Shown: positions 51,514-64,000 of the stretch, one piece after another
Layout: the number at the start of each line of letters is the position of its first letter
Numbering within the stretch: the first letter of the stretch is position 1
NCBI RefSeq assembly: GCF_009834535.1
Contig: NC_045696.1
Coordinates: 19,780,001 to 19,844,000, forward strand
DNA: 64,000 nucleotides
Direction of reading: 5' to 3'
From: Camelus ferus
Taxonomy: Eukaryota
Notes under the pieces: generated by a model
The model's input: the letters and a program-made list of their open reading frames with translations, nothing else
What the model was told of the DNA's origin: nothing
Databases searched by the model: none
Program-made: the position numbers and the translations under genes

Positions 51514-54326
51514 CTGCAGAGCATGAAGACAGCTTGTGCATTCAGTCTACAGTCAAAATGGAATTAAATAAATCAGTAAATTTTAGGAGTGACAGCAGAA
51601 AATCAGGATTTGGGTTTTCTTAGCAAAGAGCAATGTATAGTGTTTATTTCTTTCAGGAGAATAAAACAATTTGAAATATCTAACTCACCTATGAATTTTC
51701 TTTTGTATACAAAAATCTCAGCTGAACCAATATTTCTATAGATCTATACATATTCTTTGAGAGGGGAAAATGACTAGACACTTCTTAACAGGCCTATCGA
51801 TCTGTTTCTTAATCTCTATGTTCTCAATTAAAATCAATATTGTCAGTCATTAAAACAAATTCAGATTTGGATCATGATGACTGGTAATTTAAAAGTTGCA
51901 GTAGGAAAATTCTTAAAGACAATTGTAAATGGAAGCAACTCAAAGTAAACTATAAATAAAGGCTAGAAAAGAAGAGAGAACTCTTCAATAGCTTTTTCTG
52001 CCATTTTTCATAATCCCATGAGCAGATAAAACAGAAAATTAATTTAATGAGATATCCTAAAACAAATGACATTATCTGCATTAATATGTCATTAAAATGG
52101 GCATTCTGCCTATCAATGAAGGTTCTGCCATCACAATATCACAATTATTAAAAAGTTGAATCATTCCACTCCATGATTTCCAGTTTGAATCAAGTAAACA
52201 TAAAATATCAACTTTAAATACATGATCTATAAAGGAAGTAAAAGTCAAAATGAATTAGTTAATTCAAACCGAAATTCTTAGCTCCCACCCACTTTACTTT
52301 CAGGTTTGAATATTTGACAAAATCTGAATTCCAGCAATATCTCCATTAACGTTTCATTACGCTTTCATTTATGGTCATCACAGAACGTTAACAATTAATC
52401 TTAGGTTGAAAATCAGCAAATCACTGATTATCTGTAGTCTCTTACTGAATACATGGCCTAACATAGAGCCCATAAATGAAATAAATCCCTTGCATTCCTT
52501 GTTAAGAACTATACTGAACAGAAACAACGATGAGCCAAATAATTAATTTTAAGTCAGTCTCACTCTCTCATTTTGAAGAGTTTAAATATCATCTACAGAA
52601 TCACTTTTCATCTTGGAAATGCTTAACTGGATTAGTAGCTTTTAGGAGAATAACAATATACAAAAGAATATGAAGAAAAATGGACTACTACTGAAAATCA
52701 TGTTTTATAATCAGTATCATTCCATATCTAAGAAAGACATAAACATTTTTTTCCCTGACACCATGATCTTAACAACAGTCACCTGACACTTTAGCATCCC
52801 CATGTGCCTGAACACAATGTGGTGTATATTTTGAATTTTGTGTAAAAACGAGACATCATGTGCTGTTAGGAATTAGTTACTACCAGAAACAAAATCAAAC
52901 AGCATCTTGCCAAGGTGTGTGTATGAATTTCTAAACACATATTATGAAACAGAGGTTCAGGCCACACAAAAGTACTGATGGGTCTGTTCCTAGTTACCAG
53001 TAACCATTAATTTACCTTATGAAAAAAAGTAGTAATTGTCTCTCTGACTATTCTATTGTTTGACTAAATTAGTACTTGAACACTTCAGTGAAATAACATT
53101 TTGTTTTAGATTCATAATGCACCATAATTATTTTCCTTAAAAAAAAATCACTGAGTGCTAATCCATATTTTAACATTAAGGCAAAATGAAGAAGGCAGAT
53201 GTGAAATCCTGAGAGATTTATTTTGATTTGCTGTAGTCAACACATATTTTTCTTTCCAAACTGAGCTCCCATAGACATTAGGACCATTTGCTGATGGGGT
53301 TTCAGGAAATTACAGTAAAAATTTTCTGGTATTATGAGTAGCCATCCTGTAATTTATAGACTACTGTCTGTGGTTCTCCTAGAAGAAGGAATTATAGACA
53401 CTGATTAGCCTAGGTGACAAAGGAAATCTCATAGAAAACTTTAAAATAGCTGTTTTACATAGTATGCTTAAGTAAACACAACTTTCTTTACTAAATAATA
53501 AATAAAAATGTTTTAACTGCTGTAACTTTATTTCCTTTTCCACAATCGCTGGCTACAGCGTGCTGCCACTAGGCAAAAATCACTTCCTCAGGAAAATTAT
53601 CTACTGAGTTATTCAGAATGGAACTGATTTTTTTTAATAAGTTAATTTAAAAGGGTCAAAGCACACAGATATTTTTCCTAGCTTAGTACGTTCATTATCA
53701 CATTGATATCACATCAAAGATGGTGAGGGATAATCTTTGCTAAGTTTCAAAATATCTAATCAATATTGAAATCTATCAAACCACATCTGCCTTGGTGGGC
53801 CCATCCTAGAAAGCATTTTCTGTGTTAATATCTCTGTATGAGGATTATAAAAATAAAATTCTTACCTGAAGCACAGAAAGAATACACGATAACATTCAAC
53901 TTGGTAAGTTCTGTGTTAGAATTTGGGAGGTGGTTGAACCCAGAGGTAACCACTGTAGAGTGCAAGTCCAGTGAACAAGGCAGCAGGCCAGGCTCTATTA
54001 CCAATTAGTGCATAACTCTGAAAAATTAACTAAAACTCTCCAGGTCTCATGGATGGTATTTTGTTTAGTAAGATTAAAACTCTATCTAGTCTCTAACAAT
54101 CATTACAGCAGGTTATAAAGCATCTAACCATAAAACGACAAATGCAAAATTTTAAAAGGCAGAAAAAATAAATAGTAAAACCAATGATACATGTTAGTTA
54201 TCGGGCCTTAAAAGAGGTAATATATTTATAAAGCAGTTCTAAAAGCATCAGTTCTATAACTCCTAAGATTAATGTGGAATCAAATGGGAACATGGATTGA
54301 AAAAACATTTGCAAACACTAAAGTGC

Positions 54327-54494
54327 TATACTGTATAGCTCAGGGAACTAAATTTAATATCTTATAACCTTTAATTTAAAAAATATGAAAATGGATATAT
54401 GTATGTATATGTATGACTGAACTATTATGTTGTATACCAGAAACTGACACAACATTGTAAACTGCCTATACTTCAATTTAGAAAAAGAAAAAAG
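54327..54494 (+). mobile_element. Camelid-type L1 extreme 3' end
   Basis: tatactgtatagctcagggaacta...gtatgactgaactattatgttgtataccagaaactgacacaacattgtaaactg...tatacttcaa plus A tail; TSD aaagtgc at 54320-54326 and 54495-54501. Confidence 0.9.
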
Positions 54495-54904
54495 AAAGTG
54501 CAGTTAAAATATTTCCTAATGTAGTTTTTTTTCATTCCACAGAAAATGAAACATTGAAAACAAAAAACCTTCTCTATTCACCTTAATCCTGGTCATTATC
54601 TTTTTAGATTGTTAAATTCATAAATGGATCAATATCAGTTACAAATATTGTCACAAGTTCCTTGTCATACAGTTTACACAGCTTTTCAAGTCCACTACAT
54701 CAATCTATTTCTGCATTATTTAACATTTAAATGTTAGTTGCTGCGTTTAAATGTGTTACCATTTGTCTGACTAATCAATTAATACTGAATCAACCATTTT
54801 GAGATCTTCACAGAGGAGAGTAAAACATTTTCCAACTTAGTTCCCTCAGCAGCACATATTCTAAAAGATAATGCACTGCCAACAGTCAGTTGGTAGAGTA
54901 TACT

Positions 54905-55453
54905 TGTGGTAGAAAGAATGACTGCCCTGAAAATGTCCACTTCCTAATGTGCAGAACCTGTGAATGTTCCCTAACACAGCAAGAGGGACTTGGCAGAAAT
55001 GATTAAGAATCCTAAAGTGTGGACAGTATCCTGGATTATCTATATAGGCTTGTTATAATGTCAAGAGTCCTTACAAAGAAAAAGGGAGGCAGGCAATTCA
55101 GAAGGAGATGTGATAGAAAAAGAGGAAACAGAGACAGAGATAGAGAACTCTAGAGAGAGACAGAGACAGAAAGACAAATTTGAAGATTCTAAACTGTTGA
55201 CTTTGAGGATGGAGCAAGGGGCCAGGAGCCAAGGAATTACAGATGACCTTCAGGAGCTGGAAAAGGAAAGGACAGTGATCCTAAGCTAGAGCCTCAAGAA
55301 AGAACACAGCCCTAATGACATCCTGATTTTAGCCCAGTGAGACTCCTGACCTATTGCACACTGAGATAATAAATTTGTATCATTTATTTCACTAATTTTT
55401 TTTTTTTTTTTTTTTTTTGTAATTTGATGCAGCAGCAATAGGGTATTCCTACA
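54905..55453 (+). mobile_element. MLT1D-like MaLR LTR, near full length
   Basis: tgtggtagaaagaat...agaacctgtgaatg...tatcctggattatc...aggggccaggagccaagga...gagctggaaaagg...aataaatttg...cagcagcaatagg...aca. Confidence 0.9.
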
Positions 55454-55665
55454 GCAGTGGTCAAAGACAGGCCCTTAGAAATCAGGCTACCTTGTCTTGA
55501 AATTTAGAAGAGTCACAGAGTTTCTAAGCATTGCTTTCACCATCTGTAACATGGCTTAGTCATAGTATTTACCTCATAAGATTATGCTGAGGCTCAGGTA
55601 GATAGTACATGTCTAATAAATTAGCATAGTGTCTGGGATAGTAAATGCTCAGGAAATTATATTGT
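55454..55665 (+). mobile_element. MIR relic
   Basis: agtggtcaaagac...catctgtaacatgg...tacctcataagatt...tagcatagtgtctgggatagtaaatgctca. Confidence 0.8.
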
Positions 55666-55789
55666 ATTTCCAAGGACTTTTCCCCAAATATTCAATATTG
55701 CTCACTCCCTCCCCTCCATCATCATGAAGATGGTAAGAAATGGGAGTTGAAGTTACAGCCACAGGTACACAGAGTCAAGGTTGTGTGCA

Positions 55790-56025
55790 ATCACATGAAC
55801 AAGAATTCTGAAAGTAGACAATCGTGGTTTCTGAATTCCACATTCCTCACGCATCAACTGGACCATCTTGGTCAACTGAGTCACCTTCTCTGAGCCTTAG
55901 TTTCTTAGTTGGTGATTTATATAAAATGAACATTTCTTATAGGTTTGCTGTTAGGTTTCATTCAAAGTGTCTAACACAACTGGTGGTTGGAGGACACAGC
56001 TGGCAGTGTTCATTAAATGTGAATT
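55790..56025 (+). mobile_element. MIR relic
   Basis: tcaccttctctgagccttagtttctt...ataaaatg...tcttataggtttgctgttagg. Confidence 0.65.
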
Positions 56026-57209
56026 TTCTTACCTTTCATTCCTACTCAGCCTTATTCATTTGAATACCCAGAAGCATGTAACAAAGGTATAGTACATTTA
56101 CATGGATGAAGACATGGAAGCCCAGAGAAACAAAGTCAATGCTTGATTTAAATTTTATTTTCAAGCCAACGGGTTGTTGTTTCACTAAATCACATTTGGC
56201 TAGAATATTAACCAATCATCCAAAGAATTAAGGGAAATCAGTTAAGAAGCGCTCTTGAATGCTGCTGATTTTTACCTCCTGCTAAAAACTGGGCTATTTT
56301 AGATAACTGTTATACCATGAATAATTATGTTACAAATTTCTAACAGATTTTTTTAAAAAAAATACTATCTATTTATTGAAGATTTCAATTAAAAACATAG
56401 GCTAGTTCAAAACAGCAAATGTGATGCCAAGCAAAGTTTTAGCCTATGAAGACAGTTACTTGTTTTCTAATTCCGAAAGCTAGCACTATTGTTAAATATG
56501 CATTAAATACAAAGCCACTGTCCTAAGTTCTCCTGCCCCTACATTTGTTTTGAGCTGACAACCTCAAAAGTTAATCACAGACATAGATTTGGCAGGCATC
56601 CCAGCACAGAAAAAAGGATGTATGGATTAAAACTACTTTGCATTCTGCTCACAAACAGCACACTAGCAACATGACAACTAAGAATTTTACATCAGAAAGA
56701 ATCTATTGTTCTCTGAATTGCATTAAATGCTTGTGATTAAGTCAGAGTATACCTTGACCAGTGTCACAATTTCATCTGAAAAATATAACAAAGTTTGGGC
56801 AATGTAGGAAGTCAAATGGAAGAAAAATGAAAATTGTAAATATCTGTGTAAAAGCACACCTTTGTTAATGAGAAATCCTATTTTTTTTAAATGAAAGTGT
56901 GTGGATTTGTATTTATGGGTTTTGACATAACCTTCAACAGAAGCTACATTTTATTTAATTCACTATAGTTTTAATTCCACATTTCAAGATAGCCAAAAAA
57001 CAGCTATATTTTCATCCAAATGAATACTCCCAGAAATTTGTTTCATCCTTCCTGAATCTTAATAGTAAAACTAATGTTAAACACTCATATGTATGAAAAA
57101 TATGGATTATACATCTCTGAGGGTAGATTATATATTTTTAAAAATTTTATTATAACATTAAATATCACACACACACTTATTTTGTTTCCCTAAACTCCAA
57201 TAGAATATT

Positions 57210-57650
57210 AAGTACGATCAGGTAGACGCATACAAAAATACGGATTTATATATAACAGTACTAGTATAGATATGTCATAGATACGTTACGTATTTGAACT
57301 GCAAAACATAGAAGGCTATTTGGGCATTTTGTGTAAAGTTGAACATGTTTGTCTGGCGTAAGTCCACATGTTGCACCGCACCGCCTCATTTTAATTCAGT
57401 TAAGGTCGTCTATGCTGCAGTTGTCTGTCCCTGATTACATGCAGGCTGCACACCAAAGTTTTCTGGCAATAACGATGAGATGCTGGGAAGATGAAACACA
57501 ACAGCAACAGCAGAGTGACCTCAACTATGACTCAGAATCACTTAGATTGAAGGGCTGCTTGGGAAACGTGAGTCACTGTGTTTGGTTTTCCCTCAAAAGA
57601 GCTGGTCAGGCCTCATAAAGAATCTGATAAATAAGTATGTTTCACGCAAC
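57210..57650. promoter_or_regulatory. Candidate AP-1 enhancer
   Basis: CpG-retaining unique sequence; TGACTCA at 57528-57534 and TGAGTCA at 57569-57575; GAACATGTTT p53-family half-site at 57341. Confidence 0.4.
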
Positions 57651-58572
57651 ATAAATTTTTGAATCAGATTATGATTTTAACGTTATTTGTTCAACAGCAA
57701 GATGATTGGAATTGGGAGACTTGCGTCATTTCTAATGAGAACCAAAACAACAAATTTGGTACATGTGAAAAATGTCAAAATTGTAAGGCAATCAACAAGC
57801 CAATGAATGTAAGAAATATTTTAGCAAAGACCTTACTCACTCTAAAAACTTAAGAAATAAATATAATTTAGAGACAAAGCCATCTCAAGGAAATTATGTA
57901 TCACATATTTAGAACTCACTTTGGTGTATTAAAAAGTATTGAAATAACTAAGGCAGCAATATACATAACACAGGATATGCTCTCTGATTAATTAAAAGGA
58001 AGTGTAGAGGGCTCAATGTGCCCATTTGTAATATGGCATATTTGATACACCTGTAATGTGAACTCACTATGTGTGTTAAAACTGGTGAAAATATTTATAT
58101 TCACAGCTCTTCCTTTGAGATAAAGGAAGCTTGAAATAAAGCTTTGTTCTCATTTTCACAATTGATGAAATAATTTTAAAATTGAAAGCAGGCTAAGTCA
58201 AATAATATGATGAAATTATGTTTCAGTATTATTTCATGTTTACAATTTATTCCATATATGACAATTTGGCTACAAATAGAATATTTTATTGGAACAGTCT
58301 GCTTAAGTGTTTTCTCTAGAGAAAACCTAAAGTTCCTTGGGGGAAAAGACAAAGTTTTATTCATCTCTATGAACCTGATTCATATCACAGTGCTTATCAA
58401 AATGACTGGTAAAACAGTTGATTCTCCAAAGATGTCCTAAAATAAGTAAATACAAAAGTGAACTCACCTTATCTAGTGATGGGAAATATAAACTAATACT
58501 TACCCAGGACTGCCTGTCAATTCAAAAATTCAAACTCATTAAGAAAATGAGAAGGTGGTCATGGTTAAACAT

Positions 58573-58854
58573 TGCTATAGAATGAAAGCTTGTGACCTCC
58601 TCTTAAGTTCATGTTGAAATCCTAACCACTCAATGTGATAATTTTAGGAGGTGAGGCCTTTGGGGAATGATTAGATCATGAGGGTGAAGCCCTCATTAGG
58701 GGGATTTGTGCTCTTATAAAAGAAGGGCGAGGGAGCTTCCTAGCCCCTTCTAACAATGAGGACACAGCAAGAACCAGGAAGAACCTGTCTATGAACCAGG
58801 AAGCAAGCTTTCACCAGACACTGAATCTGATGGTGACTCGATCTTGGATCTCTC
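58573..58854 (+). mobile_element. MLT1A/MST-like MaLR LTR, 3' end lost
   Basis: tgctatag...ttcatgttgaaatcctaacc...gaggtgaggcctttgggga...gccctcat...cttataaaaga...tgaggacacagcaagaa...tcaccagacactgaatctg. Confidence 0.9.
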
Positions 58855-61800
58855 GAGATTTCAAGAGAATTTTTCATTCTGAACATTTAATTTCACATCT
58901 TAAAATGCTTTTATACCTTCTTCTGTAATATCTTCCTCCCATCCCCCCCGCACCGCAAAACCCAGCTATCTTCAAACAACTATTCTTCTATTTGCCTTCA
59001 ATATAATGTTAGAAAATCATCAGCCTAGATGTTCCTTCCAAGTATCATGTTAGTCATATAGGTCCCTTCCTTCCCCATCATCACGATGCTTCTGGGATAA
59101 GTCCAGTGTTACACCAACAGTCTGAGTTCTCAATACTCCATCAAACTGATTTCTTGAGTTCGACCTTTTAAATGACTCTATACAGAAAACAGCTTAGGTT
59201 ATTCTCTACCCATCTCCTGTTATCATTCACAATTTAACAAAATGTATAAGCTGTTCTTGAACTTACTCAACTCTATCTTCACATCATTTGCCCAAAGACA
59301 TTATCAATTTGCTCAAAACTCTTTTGACCAAAACCTGGCATACACTTGTAGATGTATTTTGCAGGTCAGCTCCTCTGGACCCACTCTTTCACTATGATTC
59401 ACAACAGCTCATAACTCCAGGATAGCCAGTTCATGATTTCCATTCTACCAACACCACATTCTTTGCCCTGGAAGTGTGGCAATATTACTATTACGCTTTT
59501 TCAGACAGTATAATAAATTCCTGGAAAATAAAATACACTAGTTTGATTCCAAGTAGAATTAACACACTTCAGATGCAGTAATGACTCTCACTTTTAATAA
59601 ATCATTTCAGTGTTTAAAAAGATAGCAATTGAATTCCTCCAATTAATCACAAACTATTAAAGAAACAGCAGTGCACTCAGTATGTTGGAAATGTCCTCTC
59701 TGATATATAGGTATTGCCACTCCTGACGAGATAGAACATATTAATACAGTTCAACTCTTTAATTTTTAAATCCTTTCCCTTTGGAATAAAATAATGCATA
59801 TTTGGATAAAGTATTGGAAAGAATAATGTGGCACATTTAAAATAATTTTTCAAAGCACAAGAAATTCTGACCTAACACAAAACTTGATTCCTCTAATATG
59901 AACGATTTAAGATTTCTCTACTTGAGTAAAAAGTTGATCTAGACCAAGCAAGCTACTTGCTAGCTGTGAATAACTGAACAAGTCACTTAACCTTTAAGGA
60001 ATTTTTTTCTTCTCTTTTATGAAATTAGGATGTTGATTAAAATGATGTGCAAGTCCTTCTCTTATAAAGAAATATTTCAAGTTCCTCTATTTTTTTTTTA
60101 GTAGGAATCCTTGGAAAACACAAAACCTAACCATCTTCTTTGCTCCAGGGGAGAAGGGCATGAGCAAAAGGAAGGTGTCCGACCCCAGCAATCGTGGTAT
60201 CATAAAGGCACTGATATGTTGTAAGTGGCGAAATGAAACTGGTTGATTTTCTAGCTCTTACTGAGTCAGAGACCGATTTTCACTGTGTTGTTTCAATCAA
60301 ATTCTCAGCACTTCATGGACACCCGTATAATCAAATTGCATTCACAGGCTGATATCACATTTTGTCATTTATATGGAAATAGCACATATTCTTTGTATTA
60401 TTGCTTTGGGAATAAGTGCATTATTGCTGATGCTAGATGGTAAATCCCTTGAGAAAATGACCCAGGACTTACATATCTTTTTATTACCCACAAGGTTCAA
60501 TGGCTGCACAAAGAAAGGATTTGACAAATACGAATGAGTGAATGAAACAGAAGCCCAAATTTTCAAGGATACATTTGTGAATTTTCTTTTTATTATTTAT
60601 CACTTTATGCTTTAACACCTTGTTTTAATGTAAAATATCTAATATCACTCAAGTATCTAAAACATATAAACTAAATCATAATCACTAAAGAGTAGCTATC
60701 TCTTTGATTTTATATATACATAATATATATGTGAGTAAATGACATTATAGATTATTACAAAGTGCTATGCCCTCGGCTCTCTCCAAGGATGGCTATAAAG
60801 AATGTACTATTAAAAAAATATTCTGGATTTTTCCTAAAACTAATAAAAAAGCAATCATTGATTATGCTGTTAAAAATTATCTGATTTGAAAAGCCAAACA
60901 ATAAATTAATTTTAATCTTCCTTCTGGATAAATAGTATGGTTTCCACGTTTGATTAAAAAAACTGTACACCCCATTTTCCCTTTTTTCCCTTTACCCAGT
61001 AAACTCTGAACTAAATGTAACGTTAAAGGGAGCAAAATAGCTAGTTTAGATTTTTATGTCATTATCTTTTCTGTCTTCCATATTCTTCTTAACATTTTTA
61101 AGAGTACTGTTGTACACATGTATCTTTCACAGTATGGCCACAAATGCATTTTCACATTTGCAGATGAAAAGTTGTCATCCATTCTAAAACAAATTAAATT
61201 TTTGGAATATTTTCTTTTAAATCACAGGCATTTTTATGATGGTTGACTTCTAATTTAGCTCATATGCTTCTGTTATTGTAATGTTTTGGTTATTTAATTA
61301 TTGTAAGATATATATTCATGTATGAATCACTTCTGACTTTCTGACCCTTTCCCTGTTAAATTAAACTGAAAAATGGTAAGAGTTGTAACATTTGTTTCAT
61401 CAGGCAAAATATTAAAATTAATCAACAGTAGATTATTGAGAAAGGATTAACACTTTATAATATCACATGAACATAAATGGACTATTTAAAAGAAATGATG
61501 CTAAATTTTGCAATTATTTCAAAATATGTTATATATATTATAGAGTATTCTTTTGACACAGAATTGTTGGCTAAATTAACTGGGGCTAAGTATTCATTAA
61601 TATAACAGTTTAATAACAAAATAATTTAAATTACACTTATCTGGACAGTATCATTTGAAAAGTCATTCCATATTTTTTATGAGTGAAATTGATTTTGTTA
61701 TAGAGCATTAACAGCCAGGAAAAAATTGAATATAGGCAGAAAGGACATGCAGATAACTAACTAAACTATATATGCAAAGATCAACTTCTAGGTTTTTGAC

Positions 61801-63149
61801 AATTACATTTACTTGCTAGCTTCTCTGAAAATTTTTAAGAAAAATTATTGACAAGGTGAAGTGTACATATCCCTTATTAAACTGCCAGTAAACCACTGAG
61901 TTGATATAAATAAAGAAGGAAAAATACAGAAGTTTCATTAATTTTAGGTGTATATTTTCAAAGAAATTAGATGCAACTTTGATTATTTAATTTATATTTC
62001 CAACAAATCTGTTCTAATCAGATACAAGCGCATTTTCACCCTTAAGGATTTTGAAAGAGTAAATATTCTATAACTTTTATAAGTATAATTTGCTTATTTA
62101 TAACAGCTCCCACAGCCAGATATTTATGTTTTATTTAATTCAAATTCTTTTTGTTACACAAGTTTTAAATTCTGCTTTTAAGTGTTTAGCAATATGAGAG
62201 CATCATCCATTTTTTTTAATAACTATTTACTGAGCAACCACTATGTCTACCACATAGTATAAAACTTTTGTCTCTAAACTTGAAACTGATTTAGAAAGCA
62301 AGATTAATGAAATTAAAACACTTAAAATGACCCAGGACAATATGAGATTACATGTCAAAATGAGTAGAATGAATTCAAATTCTAGTGGTTTATACCAGAC
62401 AAAGAAAGGTGGTTTGGGGTAATTAAGAAAGGTTTCAATGAATGGTATATTTCAAATATATCTCAATAAAGCTGGGGGGGGTGGAGAAAGGTTTCAAAAA
62501 TGAAATAGGATTTGAGTTTCATTTTACATGCTAAACTAAGGTAAGTGGAGAGAATTTGAAAATGCCAGCCTCAGGAGGATCTAAAAAGCTACCTTTAAAA
62601 ATTATTCTGGAATTTCATTTGGGGGATCAAATCAATCCTACTTTTTGGTAAACATAGTAACCACTATTTACTCAATATTCTCTCCTCTTATGTATTTCCA
62701 TTTCTTTCTTACATGTCAACACATTTAGTCTTTATCACCTTGCAGAGTTCTAAATCTTGCTGCCTGTCACTTTCCACCCAGTGAACTGAGTCAGTCATCC
62801 ATTGCAAGCATTGAGAATCAAAAAGCCATTACCAGCTTTGACTCTCAAACAGTACTTCTAAATAGAGCATGGCAGAATGGACAGCCTTCAATAATAAAGT
62901 TTTAGAATCAAAAGTCAGTCAATTGAAAGAAAGAAGAATTTTCATAACAAGCATCCCTTTCAATATCAATGGCTAATGACTCAGAGCAAAGACTTTACAA
63001 AAAGTGATCCCTAGGGAAAAAAAGAACTGTGAGCCTGCTGTAAGAATATCTTCTCATTCTCTAAAAAGGGAGAAATGCAACAAGGTATTGAGAAAGCTAA
63101 AAGGAGGAGATTCTCAAGTATCTCTTAGAGGGTTCTCTTTTCCTTCCTT

Positions 63150-64000
63150 GTGTTGTAATTCATGGGGGACTCAGTAGGCAATTGGGCAGCTCCTCCTATG
63201 ATCCCTACCACCATAATCTCTACCACCACCATCACTGACAGATTTGAGAACATCATGTCCAAGAGTGGAAGGAGCACCAGCATGACTGACTCTAGTAGGG
63301 AACAAAGACAGAGAAGTCTAGTTGACCACGGAGAGCCCAACTTGTACCCTCCCCCCACGTCTCCAAGGACTACTACAATGTGGAAGTGATGTAACAAGCA
63401 TTCCTACAATCCCTTAATTATGATGCAGATTCTAGAGAAGAATAAATTGTCACTGAACCACCTTGGTCAGGGGAAGAGGGTGCTGAAGATCACTAAAGCT
63501 TAAACCGGGAAACCCAGTAACATAGGCTATAAAGGTCGGGGACATTACTAGCCAGCTCATGAGAGAGGAACTGCTAGTCCTCTGAGCCTAACCAGACCCA
63601 GTGGGAGCGCGGTGGAGCCTTATCCAGTAATGTGGGAGCCACCAGGCATTGATCATGCTGTGGAAACAGACCATATGGAACACCAGTAGTACAGACACTG
63701 AGCAAAGTCCACACAGAAACAAGAGTTTCACTGGAGTTAAGGATGGAGAAGAGTAGAGGGAAAAACAAGGACATAGGCTTATACCCAGACCCAGACAAGA
63801 GTCTGAGGAAAGTTGGGGGAAGAGGAGGGAAGTCCTTGAGAATGGAGGACACCCTGAGAGGGAGACTGAACTTTGCACTGGATTCAGGATTTAGACAGTT
63901 CTGTGCTGGTCAAGTAACAAGGTGAATAATTAATTCCTCATTCTGCCTCAGCTATGAAGCCCTGAACCATGATGGTAACAGGTAACAAAGCAGAGCAGAA
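63150..64000. mobile_element. Possible ancient LTR-like element (family not recognised)
   Basis: Abrupt shift to GC-richer, purine-rich sequence with a TATA-like ctataaag near 63528; runs off the window end. Confidence 0.3.

Noticed and set aside
58848..58872. CTCGAG and TTCAAGAGA (synthetic shRNA loop motifs) side by side
   Set aside because: No flanking complementary stem or vector sequence; a chance match at a truncated LTR edge
163..63925. ORF-track ORFs as protein-coding genes
   Set aside because: All are 154 aa or shorter, many start at non-ATG codons, are F/L/I-biased as expected for AT-rich noncoding DNA or lie inside repeats, and none has a recognisable domain
1..64000. Naming a host gene
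   Set aside because: No candidate exon or peptide matches a gene I recognise, so assigning a symbol would be a guess
1..64000. CRISPR array, operon or other prokaryotic or viral system
   Set aside because: No repeat-spacer periodicity, no gene-dense coding and no gag/pol/env sequence seen; the repeat content is clearly mammalian

Overview
AT-rich, CpG-poor mammalian genomic DNA. Two tRNA-Ala-derived vic-1-type SINEs and camelid-style L1 3' ends point to a camelid (alpaca, llama or camel), and I see no Alu, B1/B2, Bov-A, PRE-1 or Can-SINE. I recognise no protein-coding gene, RNA gene, CpG island, CRISPR array or prokaryotic system. The ORF-track ORFs are short, have no recognisable domain, and many lie inside repeats. 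The window reads as a long intron or gene-poor interval filled with old and lineage-specific transposon relics (Tigger6, MER33, MER5, MER20, MIR, L2, L1, MaLR/ERVL/ERV1 solo LTRs) and microsatellites. The non-repeat signals worth follow-up are: several exon-like segments with good splice signals, mostly on the minus strand (best is a 28-nt exon at 31262-31289); a candidate recursive splice site; two YAG-A-GTGAGT motifs; and several CpG-retaining, motif-dense enhancer-like patches. All repeat family names come from recalled consensus similarity rather than a database search, and all exon and enhancer calls are unverified inferences. I found no convincing novel biological system.
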